In this document: in pieces, positions 11,803 through 25,050 of the stretch | Layout: each line of letters begins with the position of its first letter | How positions within the stretch are numbered: the first letter of the stretch is position 1 | From: Callorhinchus milii | Taxonomy: Eukaryota | DNA: 64,000 nt | Assembly: GCF_018977255.1 (NCBI RefSeq) | Contig: NW_024704742.1 | Location: 22,260,001 to 22,324,000 of the forward strand | Direction of reading: 5' to 3' | Made by a program: the position numbers and the translations under genes | The notes under the pieces: model-generated | Told to the model about the DNA's origin: nothing | Seen by the model: only the letters and a program-made list of their open reading frames with translations | The model's database searches: none

Positions 11803-13319
11803 AAAATTGGAGCTGAAGAAATAGGAAGTCAGTTTCTAACAGCCTTAACTTGATGAGTTTGAGAGGATTTGTTATACAGCACTAAAGGCTGAGATACAAG
11901 AACAGTAAAGTTCTCTGAAGGGAAAGTCAAAATCTACCTCTCCAAGAAACACATCTGCAGGGTTTAATGGATCTAAAACTGGAAGTGATATGACATCACT
12001 TCCAGTAGTATAAATGTGGAATTACATCTGGGCCAGATCCTCATTGGGAGACTAAAGATGCAGCATAATTCAGTACCAGCTGTGCACACAGCAGTTTTGA
12101 GCTGCTATTGAATTTTACCAGCTTGAAAACCTTCATATGGCTATCCGGAACTGGTCGAGATGCTGATCTAAGGGATATCCAGTGGAGTTTCTCATTGATG
12201 CTCCTTGTCACTGTCATTATCAGAGGCTCAAACTGAAGGGTCTCCACAGGGAGAGGAATTCAGATTAAAATAGGAATGACTCCTGTCATGAAGGAGATTT
12301 TAATGATTTTTTTTCTAAAACAAAATGCCAGTCTGGAGGAGAGTATCACAAACCTTCTGGTCCAGATGAAAAAGCCCTACTGCTGAACTGACTGACAATG
12401 CTGCATTTCGAGCCTGAATCATCTGTTGAGATAACCATATGCCAGTGGTTTATGTAAACTTGGCGTTTCGTACTCCAAGATGTGATGAATGACAGCAGTG
12501 GGAACAGATTGTCTTTGCTGTTTAAACCTCGTAAGTGCAACATTTCAAGATCAGATTTAGCACAAGTCAGGTGGAATATTGAGTTTCCACTACACTGCCT
12601 CAACAATGAGCACTTGATTTTTTCCCAGGGAGACAGTGAAAGGTTCCACACTTGCAGTATTGACAGAACATTTGCTCCCACTTCAATATTCAGCAAGCAA
12701 ATACTCCACATTGTAGTGCTAATCTGCTGTAGTGGCCATGGATCAATTAGTAAGAACCCATTCTGTCTGGTTGTCCAATAACTGTATCCCTACATAAAAA
12801 CATTCACTTCATTTCTTATTAATCTCATTTTGTAAAGCTCTTCCAAGACATCCTTTTTTATATTAAGGCACCATGTAAATTTAAGTTGTAACCATTAATG
12901 ATTGCAATCTACATCATGAGATTTGACTCCAGGCATATAACCTGCATTGAGGAATGGCATGTGCAGTAATCTTCTCATGCCATTCCTCCTTGAGGTGGTG
13001 GTGGGGGAGGTGGGGAGGAGGAAGGAAGGTAAATGGGGTCTCCTTGGAGCTGAACTGGCATGTTTGGCAATGGAATGCCTAATTGAGCCAGCCCTCTGTG
13101 GAGGTCTTGGTATTCCAGTTCCTGAGCCAGGCTGGTCTGCAGTATTCTAGGACAAGGTTAATGACAGCACAACCAGCCTGGCTCATCGGTAGGACCTGGA
13201 AGGGCAGACCAGTCACTGGGACAGGGAGTGATCCCACTCAGCTCCTGTTACCCCAGCATGCCAAAGCCCTAACGTGTAGAGTGGTCCTAGCTGGACAAGC
13301 AGCGGGACAGCGGTATCAA

Positions 13320-13610
13320 TGGGAAGCTTTGCGGTTTTAGACTGGTTAGACTCCAGTAGTACCCCAACGCACACTGTTGGGTCCCCAAGACTTGGCTCTT
13401 GCCAACCTGGGCCTAATATTTTCAGAAATTAAGTAAATAGGAAGCGTCCCTCCATGGAGAGAGTGTGCATTCCATTTCAACAATCTATCTCTGGGGTTTT
13501 CATGTATTGGTGGGATGCGTGGAAATCTCCGCTGGGTTTGGATACTCTTAAGCTTAGTGATGGGTTTCCATATGTGTCAGACTCCCAGCTGGCCAAAAGT
13601 ATTCTTCTAA
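13320..13610. repeat. Unclassified interspersed repeat, copy 1 (paralogous to 21410-21670)
   Basis: Collinear blocks shared with copy 2: tccag(t/c)agtaccccaacg.acact, ctcttgccaa, aatta.gtaa, cattccatt, gtggaa, tttgga.actcttaa, gtgat.ggtttcca. Confidence 0.7.
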
Positions 13611-14149
13611 GGATAATATCAGCCCCTGTGAAACGCTTTGAGATATCTCAACAGTGTGATAAGGCACTCTATCGAACGTAAGTATTATTATTTATTATTA
13701 ACATGCTTTCATCTTTGATAACCTACAGAGAATCAGACGGTGAGTCTACCTTAGCTCTAATTTTAACACTATAGGAAGACATATGCTTGTGACTGCCAGG
13801 ATGGTGGAAGGTGAACTGAATGGACAATGGTTTTCTTTTGCCTAGCAAATTCTTATGTTGTTATGGGGCTCATTAGAATAGTGTTCGGGATCCCAAAAAA
13901 TCTCAACTACACGAGAGTAATAGTGGTAGATGTTTTCACTGTGAAAATACACAACTGTCTTTCTGCGGTGTATTTCCTGTGTTAAAAATGGGCCAACTTC
14001 CAGGTCAATCGGTCACTGCCGACGGCATTTCCTGCTTTGCAAGACAGCCAGCGGTAGGAACTGAGCAGACTGTCACAATATATGCACATGAGCATTAAAT
14101 ATGATCCACAGTGTAACTAGATTATAATGAATTTGCACTACAATGGGAG

Positions 14150-14340
14150 TGAATTGTACGTCCCCTTGTTTCGGGTCCCTCTGCTAGATGAAGGGGAATC
14201 CTGTATTCAGCTTGTCAATTCCTGTCACAATTTTAAACATCTCAAGCAGATCACACTTTAACCTCCTCAGCAGCAGAAATGTTTAACCCAAATGTAGCCA
14301 GCCTCTCATCATAGGTAAATCCTTTCATCTCAGTTTCTAA
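14150..14340 (-). mobile_element. CR1-clade LINE fragment, minus strand
   Basis: The reverse complement reads like the CR1 ORF2 C-terminus (TYDERLATFGL, DLLEMFKIVTGIDK, TRG). Confidence 0.65.
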
Positions 14341-15639
14341 TATGCTGAATTGCTGCACCAGTTATCTTTCTGGCTTCTCTGCATCAGATTGTCAGTGCTA
14401 TGTTAGAGAGTTTTGTTTTTAAAGGCTTATTAATAAAGGCCACACAAGGCTAACATTTTACTTTGTTTTTTTAAATGAGCAAATTATTCACATTTTGCAA
14501 CCGGTGTATAAAAATAGACCCCACAATCAGAAAAAACATTGTCTACACCACTTTTATTTTAAACAAGGCCAGTTTTTCAAAATTTCTAACAGGTTCACAA
14601 GGTTGGTAGCAAAAAGTTTCTTAAACATAGTAATCATGAGAGATTCGGATAAAGAAGGTCCTTCAGCCCATCCTTTAATTTTATGCTCTGGACTCTAGAA
14701 AATATCGATTGATTGAAGGAACAATACATTTAGTGACATTGGTAGACTCCTAAAGAATCAAGTGCTCTATTAGGGTTGGATTGTGCATAATTCCACTGTT
14801 GATTTGCTGAACTAATGACGGCCAAAGAGGTGTGTGATATGAAGTGATATTATGCATTATGAATAACAAACACAACAAACCAGAATGATTATTTGAAGCA
14901 ATACGTGTGTGTCACAATTGCTTTAGTTCAATCCAAATGTTTCCTGTTAATAATGCATATTCATTTTCGTTCATTATTTGCAATTTTCAAGAACTATTAT
15001 TGCATTGATAAAAAGAGGTGCATTCTATATCCCAGAATGTATTTTTGGAACTTACAACTGAATAATACCCTTATTTAGAGGTCTGATTTAGTAACATAAA
15101 AATACACAACACAGGGACATCAAAGTTATTATATTTGCTTCCTTTGGCTTTAGAAGAGCAAGCAAAGAAATAAGGCTCCATGAGTTATTCTCAGTGAAGT
15201 TGGTTGTAAAGAATAAGATCTTCTTCAGTGTTGCTTAGTTGTCTTAATCATGTTTTAACCTATGCTATATGAAAAATCAAAAGTACAGCAACTGGCCAAA
15301 ATATGCGGCTGCCTTGAACATCAAAGATTATCAAAGATTTTATTGAGTTTTCTTGTTCATCTTTCTTCAGCCCTTGCTTTGTTTAATGGAGACAAATTTA
15401 TTTCTTTTCCATGGCTGTTTCTGAAGCATCGTCCTCGAATGTTTCATCCACTGCTGGGAATAATAGGTACAGTTTAGAGCAGCCTCACAGAACGTCACTA
15501 GAACACTATCACAAAACCACAATCACCTGTCGTCCTTTTCCTTGTTTAATAATAATATTCATTGCACCCGTAATTCCCTCCGTACACACGTGGTTGACAT
15601 TTTTTTTGTCAGCTGGGTGTCTCAGACATACTGAAGGAA

Positions 15640-15740
15640 ACCCATCACCATACTTAAAGAGTATCAAAAACAGAGAAAACAGGAAGTATTTATTTACACA
15701 AATGTTATTAAACATTTGGAACGGGATACCAGGAACGTAG
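15640..15740 (+). mobile_element. Short CR1 fragment
   Basis: RKYLFTQMLLNIWN resembles the CR1 motif R.FF.QRV.N.WN. Confidence 0.5.
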
Positions 15741-15942
15741 GGCAGGCCAAGAATACTTGTTAATGTAGTGGGATGTCTCAATATAATTCCACAGGCAGCT
15801 TTACTGAGAAGTGTGAGTATATTGTATAGATATAATAAACAGCATAATAATAAAAATTTGTCTTTAGCATATTATCGAGGGGGTCAAAAAAGCAATAATT
15901 CCAAACAGATTCACAAATCGTGTCTCAACTTCATTTACTAAG

Positions 15943-16170
15943 AATAGAAACAGAAATCGTTGAGAACACTCAGCAGATCAGGCAGCATCTACGGAGAGAG
16001 GAAAGTGAGTGAAAGTTTCAGCTCGATGACCTTTCATCTGAACTGAATGAAGCCTCTGGGTGACAAAAGGTCATCGGCCTGAAACGTTCACTGCCTGACC
16101 TGCTGAGTGTTCCCAGCGACTTCGGTTTTTATTTCAGATTTGCAGCATCTGCAGTACTTTGCCTTTTATT
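15943..16170. mobile_element. Palindromic shark-type repeat, probably Penelope-like element terminal sequence
   Basis: Inverted arms gaacactcagcagatcaggcag / ctgcctgacctgctgagtgttc and tttcagctcgatgacctttc / aaaggtcatcggcctgaaa. Confidence 0.7.
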
Positions 16171-16519
16171 CATTTCCGAGGCTTCCTGCCAGAAACTGGC
16201 AGCGTGTCACAGACACCTCGTAGGAACTTCTAGCGCTTTGGAGCAAGGATCAGACAAGTTATCCAGGGTTCTGATAAGTTGGCCAGTTAGACAGAATTCC
16301 CTGTTAGCGAGTCTTGAGTCAGTATTAGTGAATCCCACTGTAAATGATCAAATTTTTCAACTTCACCGTTATGTTTTTTTTTATTTATAACATTCAACTG
16401 CTTGTGTGATTTGGTATCAGAACGCTTTGACAAATCCGTTTTTTTTGATGAAAAATGTGCATCATATACACACCAAATAAATGTTTTGTACTGAGAGAAG
16501 TTTTAATATTTTAATAACA

Positions 16520-16705
16520 CTTCCTCCCTCACTTCTTTCAAGGTCTGTCTCAAGATCCTCCTCTTTGACCGTGCCTTTGATCTTCTTTCCCTTCCCTACT
16601 CACTCGGCTCCAAACGCAAGCTCAGGTGCCAATCCTGGACTGTCAAGTGCTTTAGGACATCCTTCCGACATAGAAGGTGCTATACAAATGTAAATTTTGT
16701 GTTGT
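16520..16705 (+). mobile_element. L2 LINE 3' end
   Basis: ctcaagatcctcctctttgaccgtgcctttg...aagtgctttaggacatccttccgacatagaaggtgctatacaaatgtaa. Confidence 0.8.
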
Positions 16706-18244
16706 ATATTGGGGTCTAATGTGCATTACTTTCTTGAATTAAGAAAAGCACAAGTGTGTTAGGCTGACTAATGGGAACTCCGCTCCTCCATAACACATAC
16801 TTTGGAGCGTGGTTAGTGTGACATACATCAGGTTACTCTAAGGAGTTCTCCTTAATAAAGGAATCCAGTTAGAAATTGCTGCAACAAATAGACCCCTGTA
16901 GCTTCTCTAGTTTGTTTTAGCTATGTTATTATGTTAAAAGTGGAAATAATATAATACGGCAACATTAGAATTAAATATAACAAATTAGAATTATAAAGAA
17001 TAGGTTATTTTCCATTCTATTCAACTCCCCCCTGAAGGGCTTGGGGCACTATTTATTTGGTTTGTACTATACCCTGCCTACGGCACTGCATGGTGAAATC
17101 CAATCTCATATTTCCCACTGGGAAAAAGTGGCTAATAAGTGGGATAAGCTACCCTCCCATTCATCAATGTACTTATGAAATGCAGCTCAACCACAACCTT
17201 TCTACGTGCTAAAAACCCGAAAATAAGGTGCAAAAACAACACTTCTCCACTTAAAAGCAAAAAAGGCTGCATCCAAATTATTTTTAGCGTCACGACAACA
17301 TGCTGTATATCAATTTAAGAATGTCAAATAGGAGTGTTTTCTTTGTAAAATATGTCAAAATTAATATGTTTTACAATACCCACTAAAAAACGTGAATGAA
17401 CACTTTCTGAGTGAGAATTCAAGGCCTTAGTAAGATCAATCCCCTCCTGGTAGCTGTGATACATCATTGTTACCTGCTGAAAGCCACATCTGATGGATGA
17501 TTAGTGTAATGCATCTGTCACTATAAAAGTGCTAATATTATTTTCACAGAATTAATGTCCTCACATTCTCCTGCTCTCAATTTAATTTTTACTTCATGGT
17601 ATAAGATATACTACTTTGAATAACAAGTGCTGAAGAAAATATAAAAAGTAGACAAGGAAATACAAAGAAATAATTTGTAAATGTAAAAAAAAGGTTTGCT
17701 TAATATCAATACAGCACTTTGCACAATTGACCACTGCCTTTACGTACATAACAAAGAACAAAACACAGATATATCAGTATTTCATCTTGACTGTATCTCT
17801 GAGTCCTAAAATAAGAATAAATGAGACTGCACGCAACCATTCTCCATTTATCTTTAACAAAAGGAAAAAAAAACATTTTCAAAGCACCAGGTTAGGAGAA
17901 TTGAACACCATTTGCACTCAATATTTCACTGCTGGTCTTGCACTGTCCAATGTGTAAGAAAAGAGTTCAACAGCTTGTAAATATTCTTATATTAGTTAAG
18001 TAACTAAGGGTTTGTAATAGGCCAAATTTTCCATTTCATTTTTTTGAGCAAAACATTTTATTCAAGTGTCTTTACTCACATTCCCTAGTCATTTCCACTA
18101 GTCAGCTGGTTATGGAGCTTGCTTTGAGATGAAGCTCCATCACTATTAGTCTTAAACATGACAATTTATGAAGGATTATGGTTTGTTCATCAGATATCCT
18201 ATCAATTCAAGATCTTTTGCTGACACATTAATTATATTAATTAG

Positions 18245-18670
18245 GTTCCAGCCTAGCTCATTTGATAACGCTTTTGCTTCTGAGCCAGAGGTTTGTTGAT
18301 TTAATCCCCACATCAGGATTCTGAGCTCACAGTCCAGGCTGACACTTCACTGCAGGGCTGGGGGGTAGTGCTGCATTGTCAGAAATGCTGTCCTTCGGAT
18401 GATAGATAAAACTGAGCTCCTGTCTGCCTGTTCATGTAAAAGATCTCTTCGCACTATTTGAAACAGAGAAGAGCTTCTTCCAGTATCCTGGCTAACAGAC
18501 CCCCAAAATTAAAATTGGTCATCACTTTTTAGCTGTATGAAGGAGACTGTGGTACATAAATTGTCAGCTGTGTTCATCTACACTATACAATCACTATACT
18601 TTACTATAAACTGTGATGAGGTTTGAAATGTTTTGATGTGATATGATCAAAGATAAAGACTATTATTATA
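18245..18670 (+). mobile_element. Near full-length Deu-domain SINE (SacSINE1/AmnSINE1-type central domain), diverged
   Basis: tRNA-like head cagcctagctca...gcttctgagccagaggttt, Deu-like core gctgtccttcggatga...aaactgagctcctgtctgcctgttca, and a (TAT) tail. Confidence 0.8.
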
Positions 18671-19289
18671 GGGTTCAAAATTATGCTATTTCTTAATGCT
18701 TTCCATTTCTAAATTAGTGCCTGTGTACTGGCAATAATTTACTAGGCTTGTGTCTCTCAAGCTTCTCGAGGTATATTGGACTCATCTTTCCCAACTTGTC
18801 TCTAATCAGGCCACAGAAAGCATGCATTTTTCTAGATATGAGCCAAAAATAATTTCACGTTAAAAACAAGTTATAAATCTGTTATTACAACTGGGAATCA
18901 AAAAATTGCATCTTGTTAATATTTCTACAAAACAGTGATGGCCAGACTGATGGAAATCCTGAGGGAAATAAACATTCTCCCAAACTCAGGGGAGTGTTGA
19001 ACCCCAAACTTGCCATGGGGTGGTGGTGGGGGGTGGAGCAATCACCAGATGATAAAACATTTCTCATCTATTCTGGTGGTAATTAAGGAATGGATTACAT
19101 TTAGGAATACTGGAGATTTGATCTCAGTTATAACTGTACACAGGCAAAATGATTTTGAAAAAATAAATACTTCTTGTGTTGTGAGTATGATCCACATTGT
19201 TTTCCTCTTTAGGATACAATTAATAATAGAAGATATCAGTTGCAATAGTTTTACTTTGATTCAGCTCAGTTCAGTTATTGCTATTATTT

Positions 19290-19376
19290 GTAACCTTGAC
19301 GCTTTTATACAGCGCCTTGGGACATCCTCCCAACGTGAAAGGCGCTACATAAATGTAATTTTGTTGTTGTTGTTTT
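19290..19376 (+). mobile_element. L2 LINE 3' tail with (TTG)n
   Basis: cagcgccttgggacatcctcccaacgtgaaaggcgctacataaatgtaattttgttgttgttg. Confidence 0.85.
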
Positions 19377-20069
19377 TGCTGACTATAATGAAACTTATTA
19401 CGGTGGACTGTGGAAGGCAAAACATTTCTCTTGTGTACAAGCATCGATAACATTTGAATTATCACTGCATGAAAGCCATGTTCCAGCTTGATTCAATCTG
19501 GTTTTCAATACTATCAGTAGATTAACCTTTACTTGCACTACAACTAAGTAACATCGTCTGTCAAAAATTGAACAGATTTCCCCAAATTGCCTTAAAATGT
19601 GACCTATTGTGGCTCTAATATAAATGTATAAACATCTTAAGACTCTAGATTTCTATTGACCAGTTGGAGGCTATTTGATTGAATGTTTAAAATGGGCTGT
19701 GAGAAGGAATGATAGGGGAAAATAGTTATTTGTTTAAAAAATCATATACGAAAATGGTATGAACAGGCAGAATATTCATATGAGACAAAATAAAAGTATT
19801 TTATATAATAATAGTTCTAATAAAAATGCAAGTAACAGAAGAGCATGGTAAGGGAGAAAGAATGGGGGAAAATAGAACAAACGATCAGAGATGTTTACAC
19901 CGTTGTATCCTTATTTTAATTTTTGTTTATTTTGATTGTACAGGGTTAATATAAAAGCAATAAAGTTACCCCTTATATTTGGAGAATGTAATATGAGAGT
20001 TTGCTTTGGTGACAGCCAAGGAACTGAACATTTAAAAGAAATAACCAATTCAGGGAACCTGGAATTTTT

Positions 20070-20350
20070 GGAGTCCTGTAGCTCAGTGGTTAGAGCACTC
20101 GCCTCACAAGGACGAAACCTTGGGCAAGTTTCCTTACTCCACGCACCTGATAATAATCCCTCAGAAAATAAATAAATAATTTGGTCACTCAATCCATGAC
20201 TTTATGTAGGATGCTGCTGTGTGAAATTGGCTGCTGGGTTTCGCCCACAAAAGTAAACAGTCAATTCACTTTACAGTATATTCTGTGAAGCGCTTTGAAA
20301 CATTTGGAAGACGTGAAAAGCGCTATATTAAATGCAAGGATTGTTATTTG
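20070..20350 (+). mobile_element. tRNA-headed SINE with an internal deletion of the B-box region
   Basis: ggagtcctgtagctcagtggttagagcactcgcc...cgaaaccttgggcaagtttccttactccac...gacgtgaaaagcgctatattaaatgcaagga. Confidence 0.88.
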
Positions 20351-21409
20351 TTATAAATTTCTCTGAACTTATCAGCAGTCTAAAAGTTAACCAGCATCTT
20401 ACCTATGCCCACAGTGAACAGGTTACCATTTATCTTGTAAGCCATGGCCTTGCAATCTATTCTTCGAGTAGTTTTATTTATCACTTTAGATTACTATTTT
20501 AGTTATTTTCTGTAAAAATGGTTCTGCTTGTGACATGCCTGGTATCCCATGCTGGTGATGCTGTTCTCCTCAATAAAGAATGAAGGTGCTTTATGAGCTG
20601 TATTCAAGGATGGGAGACTCAAGTGGAACCGTGAAATTGAAAGAATTGAAAGAGTCCATTCAAATAATCGGTTTCTCATAACTATCCTTCTACAAACTTT
20701 CTTACATCTTTCACTCAGATGGAATAATTCAATGATTAAAAATCTCTAAAGATGAAGGCACGCCAGAGAAAACAGATGAAGACAAATGAACAAACAGATG
20801 AAGTGCTGGATAAGACAAAGTTGAGAGTACATATTTTGGGCTGAAAGATCAGTTTGGAAAACCTAGATTGAAAGGTGGGATAGCTGGTTTTATTGATTTG
20901 ATTCATCATCTTTATCCCTTTGAACATCAGCCTCCTCCCTTATCAGAGCCGAATATGATGTACTGCAGCGTTGGAAAGACGTGAAATGGCTCTCCACGAT
21001 GTGCTCTTTTCCACATTTGTTTTCTGCCCATCTCTTTGATAATGCTGGGAGCCATGGTAACACTGCTGTAAGTGACATTGTACTTAATAAGTGAGCATCA
21101 AATGTAATTCTTACGGTGATTGTTGCAAATTCATACTGATGCGGGGATGAACAATGTACAAACTGACTACGTGACTGAAGTACAAATGATAGGTAATAGC
21201 TTCATTGCATTTCTACTGCCAATTGAAGCACAAATGGTGAATTATTCATTAGAATTGTGAACCCCTGGATTTAAAAAATAGATTTGTCCATGTCCAAATA
21301 AAAATGGGCTCATGGGCGGGTTGGGGTGCGGGCTCCAAGGTGGGTGAAATACTTGCCGATGGAATGTTAAATTGGAGTCAATCCTAAGTGTCAGTATTCC
21401 AGGTCATTG

Positions 21410-21670
21410 GCAAGTTGTGCAGTTTTTGCTGGTTGAATTCCAGCAGTACCCCAACGGACACTCTGGCGTCACTCTTGCCAAGCAGAAACTAATACTCTCT
21501 GGAATTAGGTAAGCACGACGAGAGGGCGGAGAGAATGCTCATTCCATTCCAGGCATGGGGAAATTTCCACTTGCAGGTGGCATGCATATGTGGAACTCTC
21601 AGTCTTGTTTTGGAGACTCTTAATTGTGGTGATCGGTTTCCACGTGTCAGGCACCTGTCTGACCAAATTT
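21410..21670. repeat. Unclassified interspersed repeat, copy 2
   Basis: Collinear similarity to 13320-13610. Confidence 0.7.
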
Positions 21671-21826
21671 CTTGTTAAGCTCTGTGGATATCATGGCTAT
21701 GCACCATAATGCTCACACGGTGCATCTTGTAGTAAAAAGCAAGTTTTAACATAAATTGCAGTTCAGTTTCAAATTGTTGGGTTTATAAATTTTCAATAAT
21801 TTTAATTATTCCATTTAATTATTCCA

Positions 21827-21846
21827 TTGTTGTTGTTGTTGTTGTT
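21827..21846 (+). repeat. (TTG)n microsatellite
   Basis: ttgttgttgttgttgttg. Confidence 0.85.
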
Positions 21847-23744
21847 GAGTGAATGGAATACTGGAGTTTATAGAAGAACTCTTATAAGAAACATATTATT
21901 TGAACAGACTCATTCAGCTTTGTTCTTTCAACTTTACTGAACACTGTTAAGTTTGAAGCAATTTCCCAAATGGAAGGATTAAGCTGGAAATGGATACAGC
22001 ACTATTCCCATCCTTGTTGAGAGTGATTGAAATGGATGGAGGAGTTTGGTAACACAGGGTGTAGAGTAAGCCTTGGATGCTGGTGACTACAATACAAGCC
22101 ACTTTCCCTTTCCCTAATGAAAGCTAAGTTCCTGGGTTCCATCGATAAATCAGTGTGGTTGGTATGTGGAGTGGCTCTGTTAAACTCCCTAACTGTCTAG
22201 TCACAGGGCTTATGTACTAGGCTGTGATCAGTTATGAGTCTTTCTACCTGCTGGTTGGTATTATTGGCAATCAGATCCCCTGTGAAATATTTGTACGCAA
22301 CTGAACCATCACTAAAAAAAACATTTAAAACCTTTTACTGTTTAACTATTTCACTATGGAATTTCTCTGCTCATTCCTCCTCCCTGACTTCCATCATCAA
22401 GGTTTTTCTGCCTTCCTCTCCTATCTGTTGCACCTCACAGCCTCATCCATGAGTCATGCAACCTATTTCAATTTTGCAAATGAAGTAAGAGGTAGTCTGG
22501 GGATCCTGAATTAAAACTGCCTGGATCATACCTTTCTCATTCTGTGGCATTGATTTGACAATCTCCTAAAGTAATACAAGCTACAGCTACAGAGTTATGC
22601 TGCAGGCATCACTGTCTTACTGAGTGCAAATAACATGGAGATCTGTGACTGCATACTAATGCTTAAAATTCCACTGAATTACAACTAGTTATTAATTTTA
22701 GTGTTCGTGTCATGCCAGCTTTTTACTAATGCTGTAAACTTTAAGACTGGATAATGTGAGCTTTTTAAACACAGCATTTAAATTTAAAACATTTGCTTTG
22801 CACTGGCTGGAGTTATACAACAGTTTGTGCAAAGTCCAATTGGTGTGAGACCGGTCCCTGGAGAACTACTGGTTGTTGTTTCAATATCACAAATACCACT
22901 GAACTGCTCTATGTTTCTAGCATTACAACCACTATTGGCTCACCTTCGACTGTAATATATGACTGTATAATTATCTTTAATTAGTTTCTTATCACCAAAT
23001 TAGAATTCATTCCAGCCAACACCCAAAGAAACCCCTGAGCGTTCGTCCCACAGTATGGAGTTTTGTGAGCACACACAATGGCAGTCTTCAGAGAATTTCC
23101 TAATATAGTTTTGTCTTGTTAAAATATATGTTACAATTGAAAGCTGAAGGGATTACTTTTGAATAGTCATCACAAAGGTTGATTATGTCCGTATATCATT
23201 TGGTTTTGATGCTGCAGGCTATTTCCGCATCAGATATGCAGGCTGTGCACTGTCAAATAGCAGTCAGCTGATTTTGTAATGACAGGTTTCTGTTAACCTC
23301 GGCAAAATGATTCAAAAGGACATTTCGGAATAAAATGCTAATTTGGAAAAAATACTACATTTTTAAATAGGCCATCACTAAATGCTGAATAGGAATTTCA
23401 GATTTGTAATAGAAATTTTGTAAGAAGAAAACATCTCCTTTCCATGAGGTTCCACCTTTGCATGGGTGTTGTAAAAGTACATACTGCAGCCAACACTATT
23501 TGCTATTTTAGTTTTGTTTTTATCATGGTTAATTTTTTTAAAAAATGGGAAATTTATGGTGAAGAACCAATGGGCAAAGTGCAGGACACTAACATGGCTG
23601 AAAGAGAGTAGGTTACCATCAGAGTATTAGAAACAATTTTGAGTGTATCTCGATAACTCAAATGTGCTTGAAAGCATCATAATTATAACTATCAGATAAC
23701 ACAAGCTAATTAGAGGGTTACAAGGCAACGACAGGCAATATAAT

Positions 23745-23840
23745 CCTTGATAATCCTTACATTTGTTACAATGAACTTTCATGTCGGGAGGACATCTCAA
23801 AGGACTTCACAGGATTTGTACTGCAAAGTGTAATGACTGG
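23745..23840 (-). mobile_element. SINE 3' tail fragment
   Basis: ctttcatgtcgggaggacatctcaaaggacttcacagga. Confidence 0.7.
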
Positions 23841-23954
23841 ATGGGATTCAGATGATGCCACAGTCAAACAACAAAGAATAAACAGTTTACCTACATAATC
23901 CTAGTCACTCAATAGGTTACTGCTTTGAAATATTCTCTTATATGTATTTTTCAG

Positions 23955-24250
23955 GAACAGAGTCATATACATGACCAGAAAAGGCAATTTCATTCCATCT
24001 GGTTAGTCTCAAAGTAAATAAAAATAAATTTTGTACTATTCCCTCATACCCCTTAATCAATTTCTTCACCAAAATGCTATATATTCTTTATATGTTGACA
24101 TAAACACTACATCCATCTCCTCCCTGGTTGTATATTGGTGAAAGGCGCTCTATAAATGGAATCTTGTTGTTGTTATTCCACATATTCGCCACTCTCTGTA
24201 TAAAACAATTTAATCGAAATTGTCTGTTCACTGTCCCTCTTCTGATCTTC
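23955..24250 (-). mobile_element. CR1 3' fragment interrupted by a short plus-strand L2 tail (~24128-24175)
   Basis: CR1-like ttccctcatacccctt...ttccacatattcgccactctctgtataaaacaattt, split by gtgaaaggcgctctataaatggaatcttgttgttgtt. Confidence 0.55.
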
Positions 24251-24787
24251 AGTCAAGAGCAGGCTGTAGATTTTAAACTAATTGGAATCGATGGATTTTA
24301 CCTAGATAAAAGCAGAATGGAACAGAAAATATACCTGGATATCCAATGAAATCAAATTCTGTTGATTCTGTTCCTGAAAGAAGGATAGTCACTACACCCA
24401 AATGTAAAAAGGTAATTTATCTATCTTCGTCAGCCACTTCATTTCAAGTGTGAAAGCTAACCTTTCCCAAATAAAATGTCTTATTAGGAAGGAGAAAAAT
24501 CATTCTGACCTGATTACAGTGTAAAATTACTGCTTATGAAATTCTATACAGATTTTAGCAGAAAGTCAAAAATAAATGTTTGGTGAAAATGTGGTCTTGT
24601 GTGATGACCCTCAAATTTCTTGTAGCTTCATATGATGATCTTTCACATGTCGACCTTGGAAGTAATGTGGTGACTAACAGTACCTTAACTAACCGCTGAA
24701 GTGGGAGCATTACAAAATCTATCATATCATTTTAACAAACCAGTTACAGTTATCTACTCAATCAACACTAATGTTTCCTGCTTTAAT

Positions 24788-25050
24788 AGGAACATGGCAA
24801 AACAGAAACAGGAGGAGGTAATTCAGTCCATTGAGCCTGTTCCACCATTTTATTAGATCTTGTCAGATGTTTTAATCCCATCACCTTACCCATTTACTTG
24901 TACCCATTAATATCTCTACTACCCATATATCTGACAATCTCTCTTTTAAAAATCACCTTTTGATCCTACTTCTACAGATTTCTGGGGCAGATCATTTTAC
25001 AACTTCACAACGCTCTGTGAAGAAATGCCTCCCGAACTCAGCTCTGACAT
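24788..25050 (-). mobile_element. CR1 3' end, minus strand
   Basis: aggaacat...aggaggaggtaattcagtccattgagcctgttccacc...tttctggggcagatc...cacaacgctctgtgaagaaatgcc. Confidence 0.7.
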
